A stretch of 63,587 bases of DNA, counting the filler, from Octopus bimaculoides (taxonomy: Eukaryota): assembly GCF_001194135.2 (NCBI RefSeq). It is 7 parts of 7 records of this genome, joined end to end, with 100 filler letters (N's around TTAATTAATTAA, not from the genome) between each part and the next. Parts side by side here need not be neighbours in the genome. Positions count along the whole stretch, not along the records: positions 26,942 to 35,461 come from NC_069001.1; positions 35,562 to 46,364 come from NC_068992.1; 5 more parts are not named here. One strand, 5' to 3'. The notes under the pieces are model-generated. The model worked only from the letters and a program-made list of their open reading frames with translations. It was not told where the DNA came from and ran no database searches. A program made the translations under genes and the position numbers. This document shows positions 27,827-38,375 of the stretch, one piece after another (the stretch's first letter is position 1; each line of letters starts with the position of its first letter).

Positions 27827-27933
27827 CTGAATGGAATGAGAAGTTCCTCGTTGAAACTGGGATTCGGGCCGTCTGCACAGTGAGTACGAACTGTAAATTT
27901 CTGGAAGCTGATTTCAATGAAGGGTCTGACAGA
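27827..27933 (-). CDS. CC2D2A: CC2D2A exon (last visible), phase 0-2: [35 protein letters not shown](R)
   Basis: Acceptor ctgtcatttcAG, donor GTATTT. Matches recalled 'VRPFVEVSFQ......AEGPNPSWNEELELPFR'. Confidence 0.95.
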
Positions 27934-28298
27934 CTGAAATGACAGAAAGATAGATAGGAGAATGGTGCTAAGATGCTGGAGAAACAACATCATCGTCATC
28001 ATCACCATCACCTTCACCACCACAGTATAAAGACATGAACTTGCTATGAACACACATGTTTAGACAGGTTTTTACAATATGCCTTGTGTCTCCAAACAGT
28101 CTACAGTCTCTGAGCACAATGTCTATTCTATTTGAAAATCAGGATGTTTAAGTACCAACATCCCAATTCTCAAATAGAACAAACCATTTGCTCAGAGCCC
28201 AATGATTGGTTGGAAACACAAGGCATGTGAGATAAACATGCCTAAATGCATGTCTTCACAGCAAGAAACTATTGGTAGCTCACATCTTTATATATATA

Positions 28299-28626
28299 GT
28301 GAAGGCATGTAGCTCAGTGGTTAGGGTATTCCGCTTACAGTTGTAAGGTCATAAGTTCGATTCCTGGTAGTGCATTGTGTCCTTGAGCAAGACACTTGAT
28401 TTCTTGTTGCTCCAGTTTCACTCAGCTGGCAAAAATAAGTTGTACCTGTATTTCAAAGGGCCAGCCTTGTCATACTTTGTGTCACGCTGAATCTCCCTGA
28501 GAACTATGTTAAGGGTACATGAGTCTGTGGAATGCTCAGCCACTTGCACATTAATTTCACAAGCAGGCTGTTCTGTTAACTGTATCAACTGGAATCCTTG
28601 TTGTCTCAACAGATGGAGAGCCAGGT
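28299..28626 (+). mobile_element. SINE family D variant, CpG-decayed, in CC2D2A intron
   Basis: tRNA-like head and family D core with systematic CpG loss. Confidence 0.8.
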
Positions 28627-28695
28627 CATATATATACACATACAGCAGAGAGAGAGAGAGAGGGAAAGACTGACATGAAGAAAGAAAGAACTTAC

Positions 28696-28741
28696 CTCTT
28701 CAATGGTGGATTGAAACTGACTGTCCATGGAAGTTTCAGAT
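28696..28741 (-). CDS. CC2D2A: CC2D2A 46-nt micro-exon, phase 2-0: (T)SETSMDSQFQSTIEE
   Basis: Acceptor gccatatttcAG, donor GTAAGT. It is the only stop-free AG..GT segment I found that bridges the phase-2 end of 28903-29070 to the phase-0 start of 27827-27933. No sequence similarity recognised. Confidence 0.75.
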
Positions 28742-28818
28742 CTGAAATATGGCAAAAGATAGGGAAGACAGGTAAAAAATTATATTAATGCTACATCTCC
28801 ATTTTCTGAATTTTAATC

Positions 28819-28898
<80 letters not shown>

Positions 28899-28902
28899 TT
28901 AC

Positions 28903-29070
28903 GTAATAGCTGATGTTTGTCGCACTGGAATGTTGAAGGCCTGAATGACATTGATAAGGATGTGGACCTCATCTCCTTTCACACCCTGAGACACCCTCTT
29001 TCTCTCTTTTCTCACAGGTTTAAGGGGCCTCCTTGGTTGCAGGAGGTTTAATAGGCTCTTGCCTATCATA
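28903..29070 (-). CDS. CC2D2A: CC2D2A exon, phase 2-2: (N)MIGKSLLNLLQPRRPLKPVRKERKRVSQGVKGDEVHILINVIQAFNIPVRQTSAI(T); start of the C-terminal C2 domain
   Basis: Acceptor gtcctatcAG after a long pyrimidine tract, donor GTAAGT. Matches recalled 'KRPLRPRRKGRKKV...DIKLLVNIVRAYDIPVR'. Confidence 0.95.
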
Positions 29071-29496
29071 CTGATAGGACCCAGAAAGAAAAGAGAAAGA
29101 AAAGGGGGAAATTTCAATGGAAGTAAACAAAACAGATAAAAGCCAAAAATTAAAATACTTAGGGGTTGCCTTTTTTTTGTTTTAGTTGTCAGCTGAATAC
29201 AAATCATAACTACCCAAGTGAAGGAGATTCTATGTGGTCCCTCAACTGACTGGAAATAACAGCCAAATTCCACTTAAGCTATGAGTACACTAGATAATAC
29301 AATCCCGGATGTACTGTCTTATAGTAACATGGATGAACAAAGCTGATTGGAACAGACCTAGGGTTAAACAACAACAATCTATCTATTCAATTATATGCAC
29401 ACATACACATAAATAACTATATAAGAAACTATATACATATACGTTCATTACCTACATCCAAATCTACACATATACACACCTATATATATATATATC

Positions 29497-29695
29497 ATCA
29501 TCATCATCATCATCGTTTAACGTCCGCTTTCCATGCTAGCATGGGTTGGACGATTTGACTGAGGACTGGTGAAACCGGATGGCAACACCAGGCTCCAGTC
29601 TGATTTGGCAGAGTTTCTACAGCTGGATGCCCTTCCTAACGCCAACCACTCAGAGAGTGTAGTGGGTGCTTTTACGTGTCACCCGCACGAAAACG
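29497..29695 (-). mobile_element. RTE-type LINE 3' end or RTE-dependent short repeat (family C) with (GAT)n tail
   Basis: Reverse complement of 34455-34677. Diverged copies at about 30385-30460, 30620-30810 and 31430-31560. Confidence 0.65.
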
Positions 29696-29927
29696 NNNNN
29701 NNNNNACACACATACATACATAACTATATTCATATAAATCTACATATATGCACCTGCATATATAACTATGTACATATATATGTGTATGGCTTAATGGTTA
29801 GGGTGTTGGACTCATGATCACGGGATTGTGGTTTCAATTCATTTAGAAGAAGAAGAAGATGATAATGATGACGATGACAATGACAGCAATGCCTGATAGA
29901 ATTTGAAACTCAAACAGAAAGACTGAC

Positions 29928-30019
29928 TTGATGCTGGGCGAAGCCTCCTCAATAACAATTTCCTCCTGTCTCTTACGATGGACGGCAACACGGAATCTGG
30001 ATAACATCTCTTCATGAAG
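29928..30019 (-). CDS. CC2D2A: CC2D2A exon, phase 0-2: LHEEMLSRFRVAVHRKRQEEIVIEEASPSI(N)
   Basis: Acceptor tctttttcAG, donor GTCAGT. Aligns to recalled 'VRESVINRF..AKQ...ADMIVEEEVPNIS'. Confidence 0.88.
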
Positions 30020-30256
30020 CTGAAAAAGAAAGAGAGAGAGAGACATGTGATGTGGTGGCATTCATGGTAGTCTGGAAATGTAATGATGGTTGTGGGGGTG
30101 GAATGTATTGGTGGCATGACGATCCTGACATCATAGTGGTGGTGGTGGTGGAGTGTGTGTGTGTGGTCTAATGGAGAGTGTATTTAGCTGTATAAGAGTG
30201 ATGGTCATTAATAAATGTGAAGTGGATAAAGACGTGGTGGACTGCATCGCCCTTAC

Positions 30257-30349
30257 CTTGTCTTTGTATCGTCCGACAAAGGCCCGCTGTGTCTCAATGT
30301 CCTCCTGGAATTGCAGTTTCTCCTCTTCTTTTTTACGCAGCTCATATTC
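30257..30349 (-). CDS. CC2D2A: CC2D2A exon, phase 0-0: EYELRKKEEEKLQFQEDIETQRAFVGRYKDK
   Basis: Acceptor gttttctgtAG, donor GTAAGG. Not in the ORF track; found manually. Aligns to recalled 'DYEKRLR...EHIDTHRAIVAKYLQQ'. Confidence 0.88.
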
Positions 30350-30843
30350 CTACAGAAAACACACCAGTTATCATCAACATCATCATCATCAACAACAACA
30401 ACATCGTTTAATGTTCATTTGTCCATGTTGTCATAGGTTGAACGGTTTGACGTCCACCAAATCCACCCACAAGGCTTTGGTCGGCCCGAGGCTATAGTAG
30501 AAGACACCTAGTCCAAGGTGCCATGCAATGGGACTGAACCCGGAACCATGTGGTTGGTAAGCAAGCTACTTACCACATAGCCGTGAGTGCGCTTGTGTAT
30601 GTATGTATACACGCACATACACACACAAGCTGGTGCGATTTAAAAAGCACCCAGCACACTCTGTAAAGAGGTTGACATTAGTGAGAGCATCCAGCTGTAG
30701 AAACCATGCCAAAACAGACAGTTGGAGCTTGGGGCAGCACTCCAGCTTTCCAGCTCCTGTCAAACTGTCCAACCCATATCAGCATGGAAAAAAGGTGTTA
30801 AATGATGATAACATATATGAAGCAGTCTAAAACTAGTAATTAC

Positions 30844-31053
30844 CTTAAAGACACTTTTAGGGATCTCTTTGTCGAGAGCGGGCACCATAGAATAATTACA
30901 GAACTCTCGCACCTCGTGCTGACGGAGGCGAAGTAGCCTGAATCGGGAGCTTTGGAGAATTTCTTCATCTGTAGCGAAGTTAAACTCCTCCTGGAAGGGC
31001 TCCAATCTAAAGAACGTCTGTTCCCTGAGTTGGCTTTTGTCATCAATGTGGGG
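30844..31053 (-). CDS. CC2D2A: CC2D2A exon, phase 0-0: PHIDDKSQLREQTFFRLEPFQEEFNFATDEEILQSSRFRLLRLRQHEVREFCNYSMVPALDKEIPKSVFK
   Basis: Acceptor tattttccAG, donor GTAATT. Matches recalled 'FFRLEQLQQEFNF...RFRLLHLRSQEVPEFRNY..VP..DREI..KVF'. Confidence 0.95.
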
Positions 31054-31167
31054 CTGGAAAATAAAACAGTAATAGTAAGAAAAGGAAATGTCTTTATCGT
31101 GTGTGTGTGAAAGAGAGAGAGAGAGAGAGACAACAATGATATGGGAGACATACAGAAAGATACGTAC

Positions 31168-31306
31168 TCGCAGTAGAAACATGAGATCAGCATTGTTGGG
31201 ATCATTAGGATCAAGGCGAGCAGTACGCACCCACTTGGAGAGTTTTTCCAGGTCCATGATCCCTGATGCACCAATGGCTGCCAGGGGGTCGAGTTTGTGG
31301 GACAGG
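31168..31306 (-). CDS. CC2D2A: CC2D2A exon, phase 2-0: (C)LSHKLDPLAAIGASGIMDLEKLSKWVRTARLDPNDPNNADLMFLLR
   Basis: Acceptor ctctacacatAG, donor GTACGT. Contains the hallmark 'LDPNDPNNA' motif. Confidence 0.95.
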
Positions 31307-32311
31307 CTATGTGTAGAGAATGAGAGCAGACATAAAGGGACTTTACATATATTACATACATACATAAATAAATATATACATGCATAGATACATACATACA
31401 TACATACTTACATGCTACAGCAACGTTGTCACCGCTACTCTCACCATCATTTAATGTCTGCTTTTCCATGGTTGCAGAGGTCAGACAGAAATAGTTGAGG
31501 CAGATTTTCTACAACTGAATGACCCTCCCTGGCATTAAGCCTCACCTGTTCCCAAAGCAAGGCAATGTTATCCCATGGCTAAACATGTTCATCACAGAAA
31601 ACTGGTAACGAAAAACATCACTTGTATGATAATATCACTTATTTACAACCCTCAATAGTGTCAAGACAAAAGGCACAGACAAAAGCATACACACACAAAC
31701 ACACAACTGGCTTCTTTCAGTTTCTGTCTATTCAATTCAATCACAAAGTGTGTTGGTCAGGTCAGGGCTTCTGTAGAAGACATTCGCCCATGATGCTACA
31801 CAGTGGGATTGAACCTGAGACCACACGGTTTAGAAGCAAGCTTCCCAATCACGCAGACATGTCTATGCCTCATAGCCATGCCTGCATATGTAGTAGTAGT
31901 AGTTTATCCAACTATCTTTAGTCATACAGCTGAAGTGTCTGCAAACAAAAGAAGTACTCAAGGCATATCTAAGAACAGAGTCTGTTATTTCATATTTCAT
32001 GGGTTTGGTTGAAAGAAAGTAGGGTGATAATGGGGTTGGGTGGGAGGCATAGGGGGGCAATGGATGTAAGAACAACAAAATAATGAGTTAATTAGGTCAA
32101 GTTTTATTTGTGAAATATAGTTGTTTTGAATTTGCTTTGGAAAGTGGCCTACATTTGTAGTGATGAGTGGGGGTGGGGTAGCACTAGGAATGTGGCTCAG
32201 GTGCCAAGGGGGAAGCAGCTGAAAAAAGTTTGGGGACCACTGCACAAGAACAACACTACAACTATGACAAACACAAACCTGAACACAACATCATCACAAC
32301 ATAATAATTAC

Positions 32312-32462
32312 CATTGTAGTTTGGTGAGTAGACTGGTTTGAGGAGAGGGTGCCATGGGTAGACCGTCGTCTCCTATTGCCCAGGCGACACTACAAAGTAC
32401 AGAGCCTGTAGTGTTGATGTAAGTACTCTCTGAAGAGAGAGGATCCACGTTAATAGCAACAC
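32312..32462 (-). CDS. CC2D2A: CC2D2A exon, phase 1-2: (G)VAINVDPLSSESTYINTTGSVLCSVAWAIGDDGLPMAPSPQTSLLTKLQ(C)
   Basis: Acceptor tatttgcAG, donor GTAATT. Matches recalled '[23 protein letters not shown]'. Confidence 0.93.
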
Positions 32463-32837
32463 CTGCAAATAAACACATAGACATATAGTCATAGTATACA
32501 CACACACACACACATCCATGCACACACATACATACATGATGGCTGCAACTTCAAAAGCAGTGTCATCACTTGAGTGTTCTCTCAAATATAAGCAGCAACG
32601 AATGTGACTTCCGTCCTACTCGGAACCTACATTCTTTTGCACAGATGTAGCAACGATGGGCACCTCTTGCAGTAGGTGTTCAGACAGCTTACCACCCACA
32701 CTAACTCACCTTCATTTCATCATGGAATTTTTCTTTGAGTGCTTTGCCTTTTTCGACTACAATCCAACCATAATATGCATAACAGAAATATTAAAAATTA
32801 AGCGATGGCTCTGCCTGAAGCTTTTTGTGTGTTAATG

Positions 32838-32871
<34 letters not shown>

Positions 32872-33017
32872 AAATAAATAGACAGACAGACAGAGATATG
32901 GCTAAGTAGGGAGAAAGACAGAGAGACTGATAGAACAATATACAGACAGAGATAGACAGACAGATATAAAAATAAGGTCAGACAGGTACATAGGAAAGTT
33001 TACATCAGCTGACTTAC

Positions 33018-33171
33018 CACTGCCAACTGCATTGTGGGTAAATTGAATGCTGATGTCACTGCTGAAGTCATGCTGTTCGATGGTGATGTTGTCAGTGGTA
33101 ACAGAGGTTTCTGGGATAGCCAAGTAGAGCTGTGAGAGTAGGGTACTGCTGAGTGTGCGAGCCTCATAGAT
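33018..33171 (-). CDS. CC2D2A: CC2D2A exon, phase 0-1: IYEARTLSSTLLSQLYLAIPETSVTTDNITIEQHDFSSDISIQFTHNAVGS(G)
   Basis: Acceptor cccatcaccAG, donor GTAAGT. Matches recalled 'TLLAEVFLPIPET...EFSS...H.GVGSG'. Confidence 0.93.
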
Positions 33172-33335
33172 CTGGTGATGGGAAAAGAGCAAGTAGAATG
33201 GGTGTAGAGACAGTAAGAGACTGTAAATATATCTTCACCATTATTATTTAACATCCAGTTTTCCATTATGTAACTCTTGTATATATGTGTGTGTGTGTGT
33301 ATAAATGTGTGTGTGTGTACATTATACTGTCTCAC

Positions 33336-33420
33336 CTGTAATTTTATACTCTCTGGCCACTGTACAATCTTCAAGTGGTAAATTTGACCAAAGTTCACTC
33401 TGAAGTCTTCGAGTAGAAAC
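33336..33420 (-). CDS. CC2D2A: CC2D2A exon, phase 2-0: (R)FLLEDFRVNFGQIYHLKIVQWPESIKLQ
   Basis: Acceptor atatttacAG, donor GTGAGA. Matches recalled '[24 protein letters not shown]'. Confidence 0.95.
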
Positions 33421-33735
33421 CTGTAAATATGGACAAGTGTGTGTATGTATGTGAGTATATATATAAATATATACCACACAGCTACTCCTGTGCCTATATA
33501 GAAAAATAATTTTTAATTCATTATGCCAAAAAAAATTTTAAAGTAACCAATGTAATAGTTTGATGTTAAATAGGTTGCTGACTTGTGTCTGTTACTTGAG
33601 ATACCATTCATTAACAGGAATATTTTATGTTTGAAAAATTATTTCTAAACTAATTTGATTGTGATCAGAGACTTTCGTAAACCGAGGTTCCACTGTATTT
33701 TACAGAGATAATGAAGAAAGGAGGTAGGACCCTAC

Positions 33736-33828
33736 CTTTGGTTAGTCTGTAAAACCTGTTTATCATTAAAGAGGACCTTGATAAATAATCTACAAGATGA
33801 CACGTCGTTCCTTCGCCGTTGTTCAATC
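33736..33828 (-). CDS. CC2D2A: CC2D2A exon, phase 2-2: (R)IEQRRRNDVSSCRLFIKVLFNDKQVLQTNQ(R); start of the N-terminal C2 domain
   Basis: Acceptor tctttcttacAG, donor GTAGGG. Matches recalled 'RREDV...YLKVLFNNKEVSRT'. Confidence 0.92.
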
Positions 33829-34181
33829 CTGTAAGAAAGACAGGGTACATTACAAAGACGGTGGGAGGAGAAAGATTTAAAAGGGAAAAGAAAGATTTAA
33901 AAAGGAAAAGAAAAGGAAGGACAGAAGTGTAACAGATGAGGAAGCGGGAAGGGTTGTAGAGGGGGTGGCAAAAATTTATGGTGGTTATAGCACAGTGAAG
34001 TGGAAACTGTAGTGAAGTCAGAGTGTTGTGGTGGTGAATGACAGTTGAAGTAGTAGCCATGTGAAGGTGGTAGTGTGATGGATGCAATGGGACAGCGGCG
34101 GTGTGGTGGTGTGATTGTGAAGATAGCAAATGCATCCTCAAACACTCACTGTCTACATAGATGTAGTGGAGTAAGACTTAC

Positions 34182-34248
34182 CTGGGACAATCTGCTGCTG
34201 GGGTAACATTAGCCGTATAAGTGATCTCAGGTGATAACTTTGGTGTAC
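34182..34248 (-). CDS. CC2D2A: CC2D2A exon, phase 1-2: (G)TPKLSPEITYTANVTPAADCP(R)
   Basis: Acceptor ctctgtctctaAG, donor GTAAGT. Matches the recalled motif '[21 protein letters not shown]'; phases fit both neighbours. Confidence 0.9.
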
Positions 34249-34454
34249 CTTAGAGACAGAGAAGGAAAACGACACATGAAGACTGTGTTGTGTGATAACA
34301 CTGTGAATGTACATGCATACATATATATGTGTGTGTGTTTGTGCTTGTCCTCCACCACTGCTTGATAACTGGTGTTGTCAGTCCCTGTATATCCCTGTAA
34401 CTTAGCAGTTTGGCAATAGAGACTGATAGAATAAGTACCAGACTTTAAGAAAAA

Positions 34455-34677
34455 TGGCCGTTGCCAGTATCACCTGACTGGCCTTCGTGCTGGTGACATG
34501 TAAAAGCACCTACTACACTCTCGGAGTGGTTGGTGTTAGGAAGGGCATCCAGCTGTAGAAACTCTGCCAGATCAGATTGGAGCCTGGTGTAGCCATCTGG
34601 TTCACCAGTCCTCAGTCAAATCATCCAACCCATGCTAGCATGTAAAGCGGACGTTAAACGATGATGATGATGATGAT
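34455..34677 (+). mobile_element. Family C (RTE-type 3' end) inserted inside a SINE A remnant
   Basis: Ends ...gcggacgttaaacgatgatgatg. SINE A body precedes it (34330-34454) and resumes after it (34678-34740). Confidence 0.7.
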
Positions 34678-34987
34678 GAAGTACTGGGGGTAAATTCATT
34701 TCAGCAAAAATTCTTCAAGGTTGTGTCTGAGCATGGCTAAAATAAAACGTGTTGGCAGTGGCAGTGATGGTGTGGCAATGGTAATGATGATGATGATGAT
34801 GATAGAGATGATGATGATGATGATGACAATGCTAAGAAGGATGATGCTAATGACGATGAGGATGATGATAATAATAATGAAGCAGATGATGATGAGAACA
34901 ACACAAATGTTGATGACGATGAAGCTAATGATGACAATGATGATGTTGATGATTATGATGAAGACACCCAAAATTCCCAGTACAAAC

Positions 34988-35114
34988 CTGGGTGCCTCCG
35001 ACACTCTAGAGCTTTGGATCTGATGCTCTCTCGCGTCCCTCGTTCATCAAATGCCTCAGGACACACAGGTTTGGATGTTGTTTCTTCAGCCAGTATTTCT
35101 TCATCTTTCACAGT
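34988..35114 (-). CDS. CC2D2A: CC2D2A internal exon (first in this scaffold), phase 0-1: TVKDEEILAEETTSKPVCPEAFDERGTRESIRSKALECRRHP(G)
   Basis: Acceptor ttttgtccAG, donor GTTTGT. Open frame that splices in phase to 34182-34248. Resembles the '..RERAAQSRRRPWEP..' segment of vertebrate CC2D2A as I recall it. Confidence 0.85.
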
Positions 35115-35139
35115 CTGGACAAAAATTAAAAGAAAAAAG

Positions 35140-35461
35140 ATATCTCTTTTACTCTTTTATTTGTTTCAGTCATTTGACTGTGGCCATGCTGGAGCACCGC
35201 CTTTAGTCGAGCAAATCGACCCCAGGACTTATTCTTTGTAAGCCTAGTACTTATTCTATCGGTTTCTTTTTGCCGAACCGCTAAGTCACGGGGACATAAA
35301 CACACCAGCATCGGTTGTCAAGCGATGTTGGAGGGACAAACACAGACACACACACATATATATACATATATACGACAGGCTTCTTTCAGTTTCCGTCTAC
35401 CAAATCCACTCACAAGGCTTTGGTCGGCCCGAGGCTATAGTAGAAGACACTTGCCCAAGAT
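35140..35461 (-). mobile_element. SINE family A, young copy cut by scaffold edge
   Basis: High identity to 55194-55520. Confidence 0.85.
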
Positions 35462-35561
35462 NNNNNNNNNNNNNNNNNNNNNNNNNNNNNNNNNNNNNNN
35501 NNNNNTTAATTAATTAANNNNNNNNNNNNNNNNNNNNNNNNNNNNNNNNNNNNNNNNNNNN
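35462..35561. other. Artificial scaffold linker
   Basis: N44-TTAATTAATTAA-N44. Confidence 0.97.
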
Positions 35562-36454
35562 CTCTCTCTCTCTCTCTCTCCCTCTCTCTCAATATATATG
35601 TTTGTGTGTTTGTGTGTGCGTGTGTGTGTGTGTCAGTGTGCGTGTGTCTAGGTTTATTGTCCCTACTTCTATATCTCTAGAGACTTATGCATAATTTGTC
35701 ATACAGGTCTTAGTAGAACTCGTTCAATGTTGTATTTTGAAGATGACTAGCCTTAGGATGTTCCACTTGTGAGGCCACTTTCAGGCTCCTTCCTTCCTGA
35801 TCAAAGCCATAAATGTATGGAGTCAACGGAGATTTTGAGGGCCTAGACTTGAGCCTGCAAGGTTATAGGCAAAACCGCACTGGTTTGGTTTCGTTTTGTG
35901 TAAACAACGCATATTGAGTTATGCTCTTAGAAAAATACACAGTGCTGCAATAAAAACAAAACGACAAGTACTGTTATTATAGAAATATTCATTTATGGTT
36001 GTCACCCATTCTGCTATGAATAGCAATGAGAGCTCTCTCATATTTGCTTTTATCGTGTTTGAAATAAATGAAAACATTGGATAAATGCAATGAACAAAAC
36101 AGGACCTAGGATTTAGAAGGCTTTAACCTGACATAACCCTAGAGTTAGATCCTGTTCAATATTAGCACGATTAACAATAAACTAGCCTCCTTTATTTGAA
36201 TGCACGTTGTGTAGACGATCAGGATTATGGGATATTCATGTAATACTGTTCCAGCACTGACTAAGTGGCTAGTTTGCAAGCTAAATGACCAGCCGGAAGC
36301 TTTGGGATTGCCGAGACTGTTTGAAGTTGATTGTGTAGCTGGCATATGTTCTTTTCATTGGTGATTTGAATACTCCTTCTGAAACTCTGCTGCGTCTATA
36401 GACTGACGAAATACTTATCCCGTACAAATGCAGCTCAAAATCTTTTATCTTTTA

Positions 36455-36830
36455 CTTGTTTCAGTCATTAGATCTGCGGCATGCTGAGACACAGCCTCGA
36501 AGAATCGACCCGGTATTAACAGAGCGTTAAACCTGGAACTTATTCTATCGATTCCTGGTGTCGAACTGTTAAGTTACGTGGAGGTAAATATACCAAGACC
36601 AGTTGTCAAACAGTTGTGCGAAAGAAACAGCTTCACACACGCATACACCCTCACGCGCGCGCACGCACACACTCACACACATACATATATAAAACAAGTT
36701 TCTTTCAGTGCCGTCAACCATATCCACTCACAAGACATGGGTCAGTCGAAGGTTATTGCCCAAATGTGCCACGCGATTGGACTGACCCCGTAGCCATGTA
36801 GTTGGCAATCAAGCGTCTTATCATACAGCC
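36455..36830 (-). mobile_element. SINE family A, diverged copy
   Basis: Motifs gtttcagtcatt..., gttgtcaa..., ctttcagt..ccactcacaag. Confidence 0.7.
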
Positions 36831-37170
36831 ACGCAGTATACAGATTGTAAGAAAGCATGTGGGGCTGACAAATTGAATTGACTTGCATATTATAAGTATG
36901 AAGTACTGAAGTCGTCCCTCATTTGCTGTTTGGGGTATAGTGATATGACAAGTTTTAAAAGTGCGCACCATTTCAGATAAGGTGAGAAAATGAACGAAAA
37001 CCAGTAACGCCTTCGAAAAATATGGTGGATATTTAATAATCTATAAAATAAATACAAAGCCTTAACTAATATAGAATATATTTTCAAGAAAACAATAGTC
37101 TAACAATCAATATATTCTGTCTTGAATATCGTTCAGTTTCCTTCACTTCACATTCAGTGATTTATCTAAC

Positions 37171-37360
37171 CAAAACTAAATTCAAAACAGTTCATTATAT
37201 TTTGAACTTGTAGAGCTGCAGTAGGACTAGCAGCAACAACAACAACTAGAAGCCCATAACCAAAACAATATTCAAAATAGTTCATTATATATGAACTTGA
37301 GGAGCTGCAGTAGAAATAGCAGAGCAGCAACAACAACTTTAACAACAAGCAGAAGCCCAT
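37171..37360. repeat. Tandem duplication, period 90 bp
   Basis: caaaac..ttcaaaa[c/t]agttcattatat..tgaacttg..gagctgcagtag..gcagcaacaacaac..agaagcccat at 37171 and 37261. Confidence 0.85.
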
Positions 37361-37889
37361 CAGAACACATATCAATGAGAAAACTAAAATTAATATATTA
37401 GACAAGAGTGTGCTAGTCACGTTTGCGGAAATGAGAATAAAAATAAATAAATAAAAACCAACGTCAATATTTGCAAAGAGTTAGTAACAAAACACAGCGA
37501 GGTCAGAAAGTGTCAAAGTTAAACAGCTTTTGACACCTTTCACAAAGCACATACAACCATGCTAACAAAAGGGCTGGGGTGAGTACCTTAGGTGAAGGTT
37601 CTGCATACAAAATACACACACACACACACTGTAGGGTGTCGCTTTTGTAATAAAGAGTGTGTTGAATAACTTCGACTAACTTGGATTACTAAGGATGTTT
37701 AGCGGATGACAACGATGTCAAGAGATGTTCAAATTCTACGCAGCACTAGCAAGGAAGTGGATGATGGATTTCAAGCCTTCTGGGGGAAAGAAATAGACCT
37801 TTTTTTTTTTTATGAAATGCTAACCCCAAAAACCACACGAATTCCATTCACTTGACAAAATCAGAAGTGATAACTACACATACACATAC

Positions 37890-37944
<55 letters not shown>

Positions 37945-37949
<5 letters not shown>

Positions 37950-38375
37950 CATTATTCAGTTTATTTCAAGATTTCTTGCCAATAGAGAAAGAATCGTTTT
38001 CTAAACTAGATCCAAGGCTCCTTCATTGCATTTTCAACAACGGGGTATTTTTGTTTGTTTTTATGTATGTATGTATGTATTCTCATGCATATAGTTTCAT
38101 ATCTAGACATGCTCATATATATTTAAATGATAATTTTCTGAAGAGTTTTACAGATTTTTACAGTTCCAAAGATGGACTGGATCTGTAGTCTTCGAATTCG
38201 CTTTCTCCTTTCTGGTCTTGAGAAGCATAATTTCTCAACATTGGTATTTAGGCAGTCTGTTACATATCCCATGACCCCAGTAATTAAAGGTATAAACGTG
38301 AACTTGTAATAGAGCAACTGCATATTTCTCAATAGTTTAACATACGTGTTCTCTTTTTCACCGGTCTTCAGCCTT
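37945..38375 (-). mobile_element. 3' end of R4/Dong-type LINE, family 3 (RLE C-terminus plus 3' UTR), embedded in (ATGT)n
   Basis: ORF 38123-38332 LLRNMQLL..FTFIPLITGVMGYV..QIQSIFGTVKICKTL is homologous to the C-terminus seen at 50790-51010. (ATGT)n at both junctions. Confidence 0.75.

Noticed and set aside
30760-31401. 213-aa ORF as a single exon
   Set aside because: It reads through the 114-nt intron 31054-31167, which has canonical GT-AG and (CT)n content. It is two exons.
34696-35023. Asp/Met/Ile-rich ORFs
   Set aside because: Degenerate (GAT)n tract in a CC2D2A intron.
36145-36345. Short ORFs on both strands in a GC-balanced patch
   Set aside because: No homology recognised and no consistent acceptor/donor pair.
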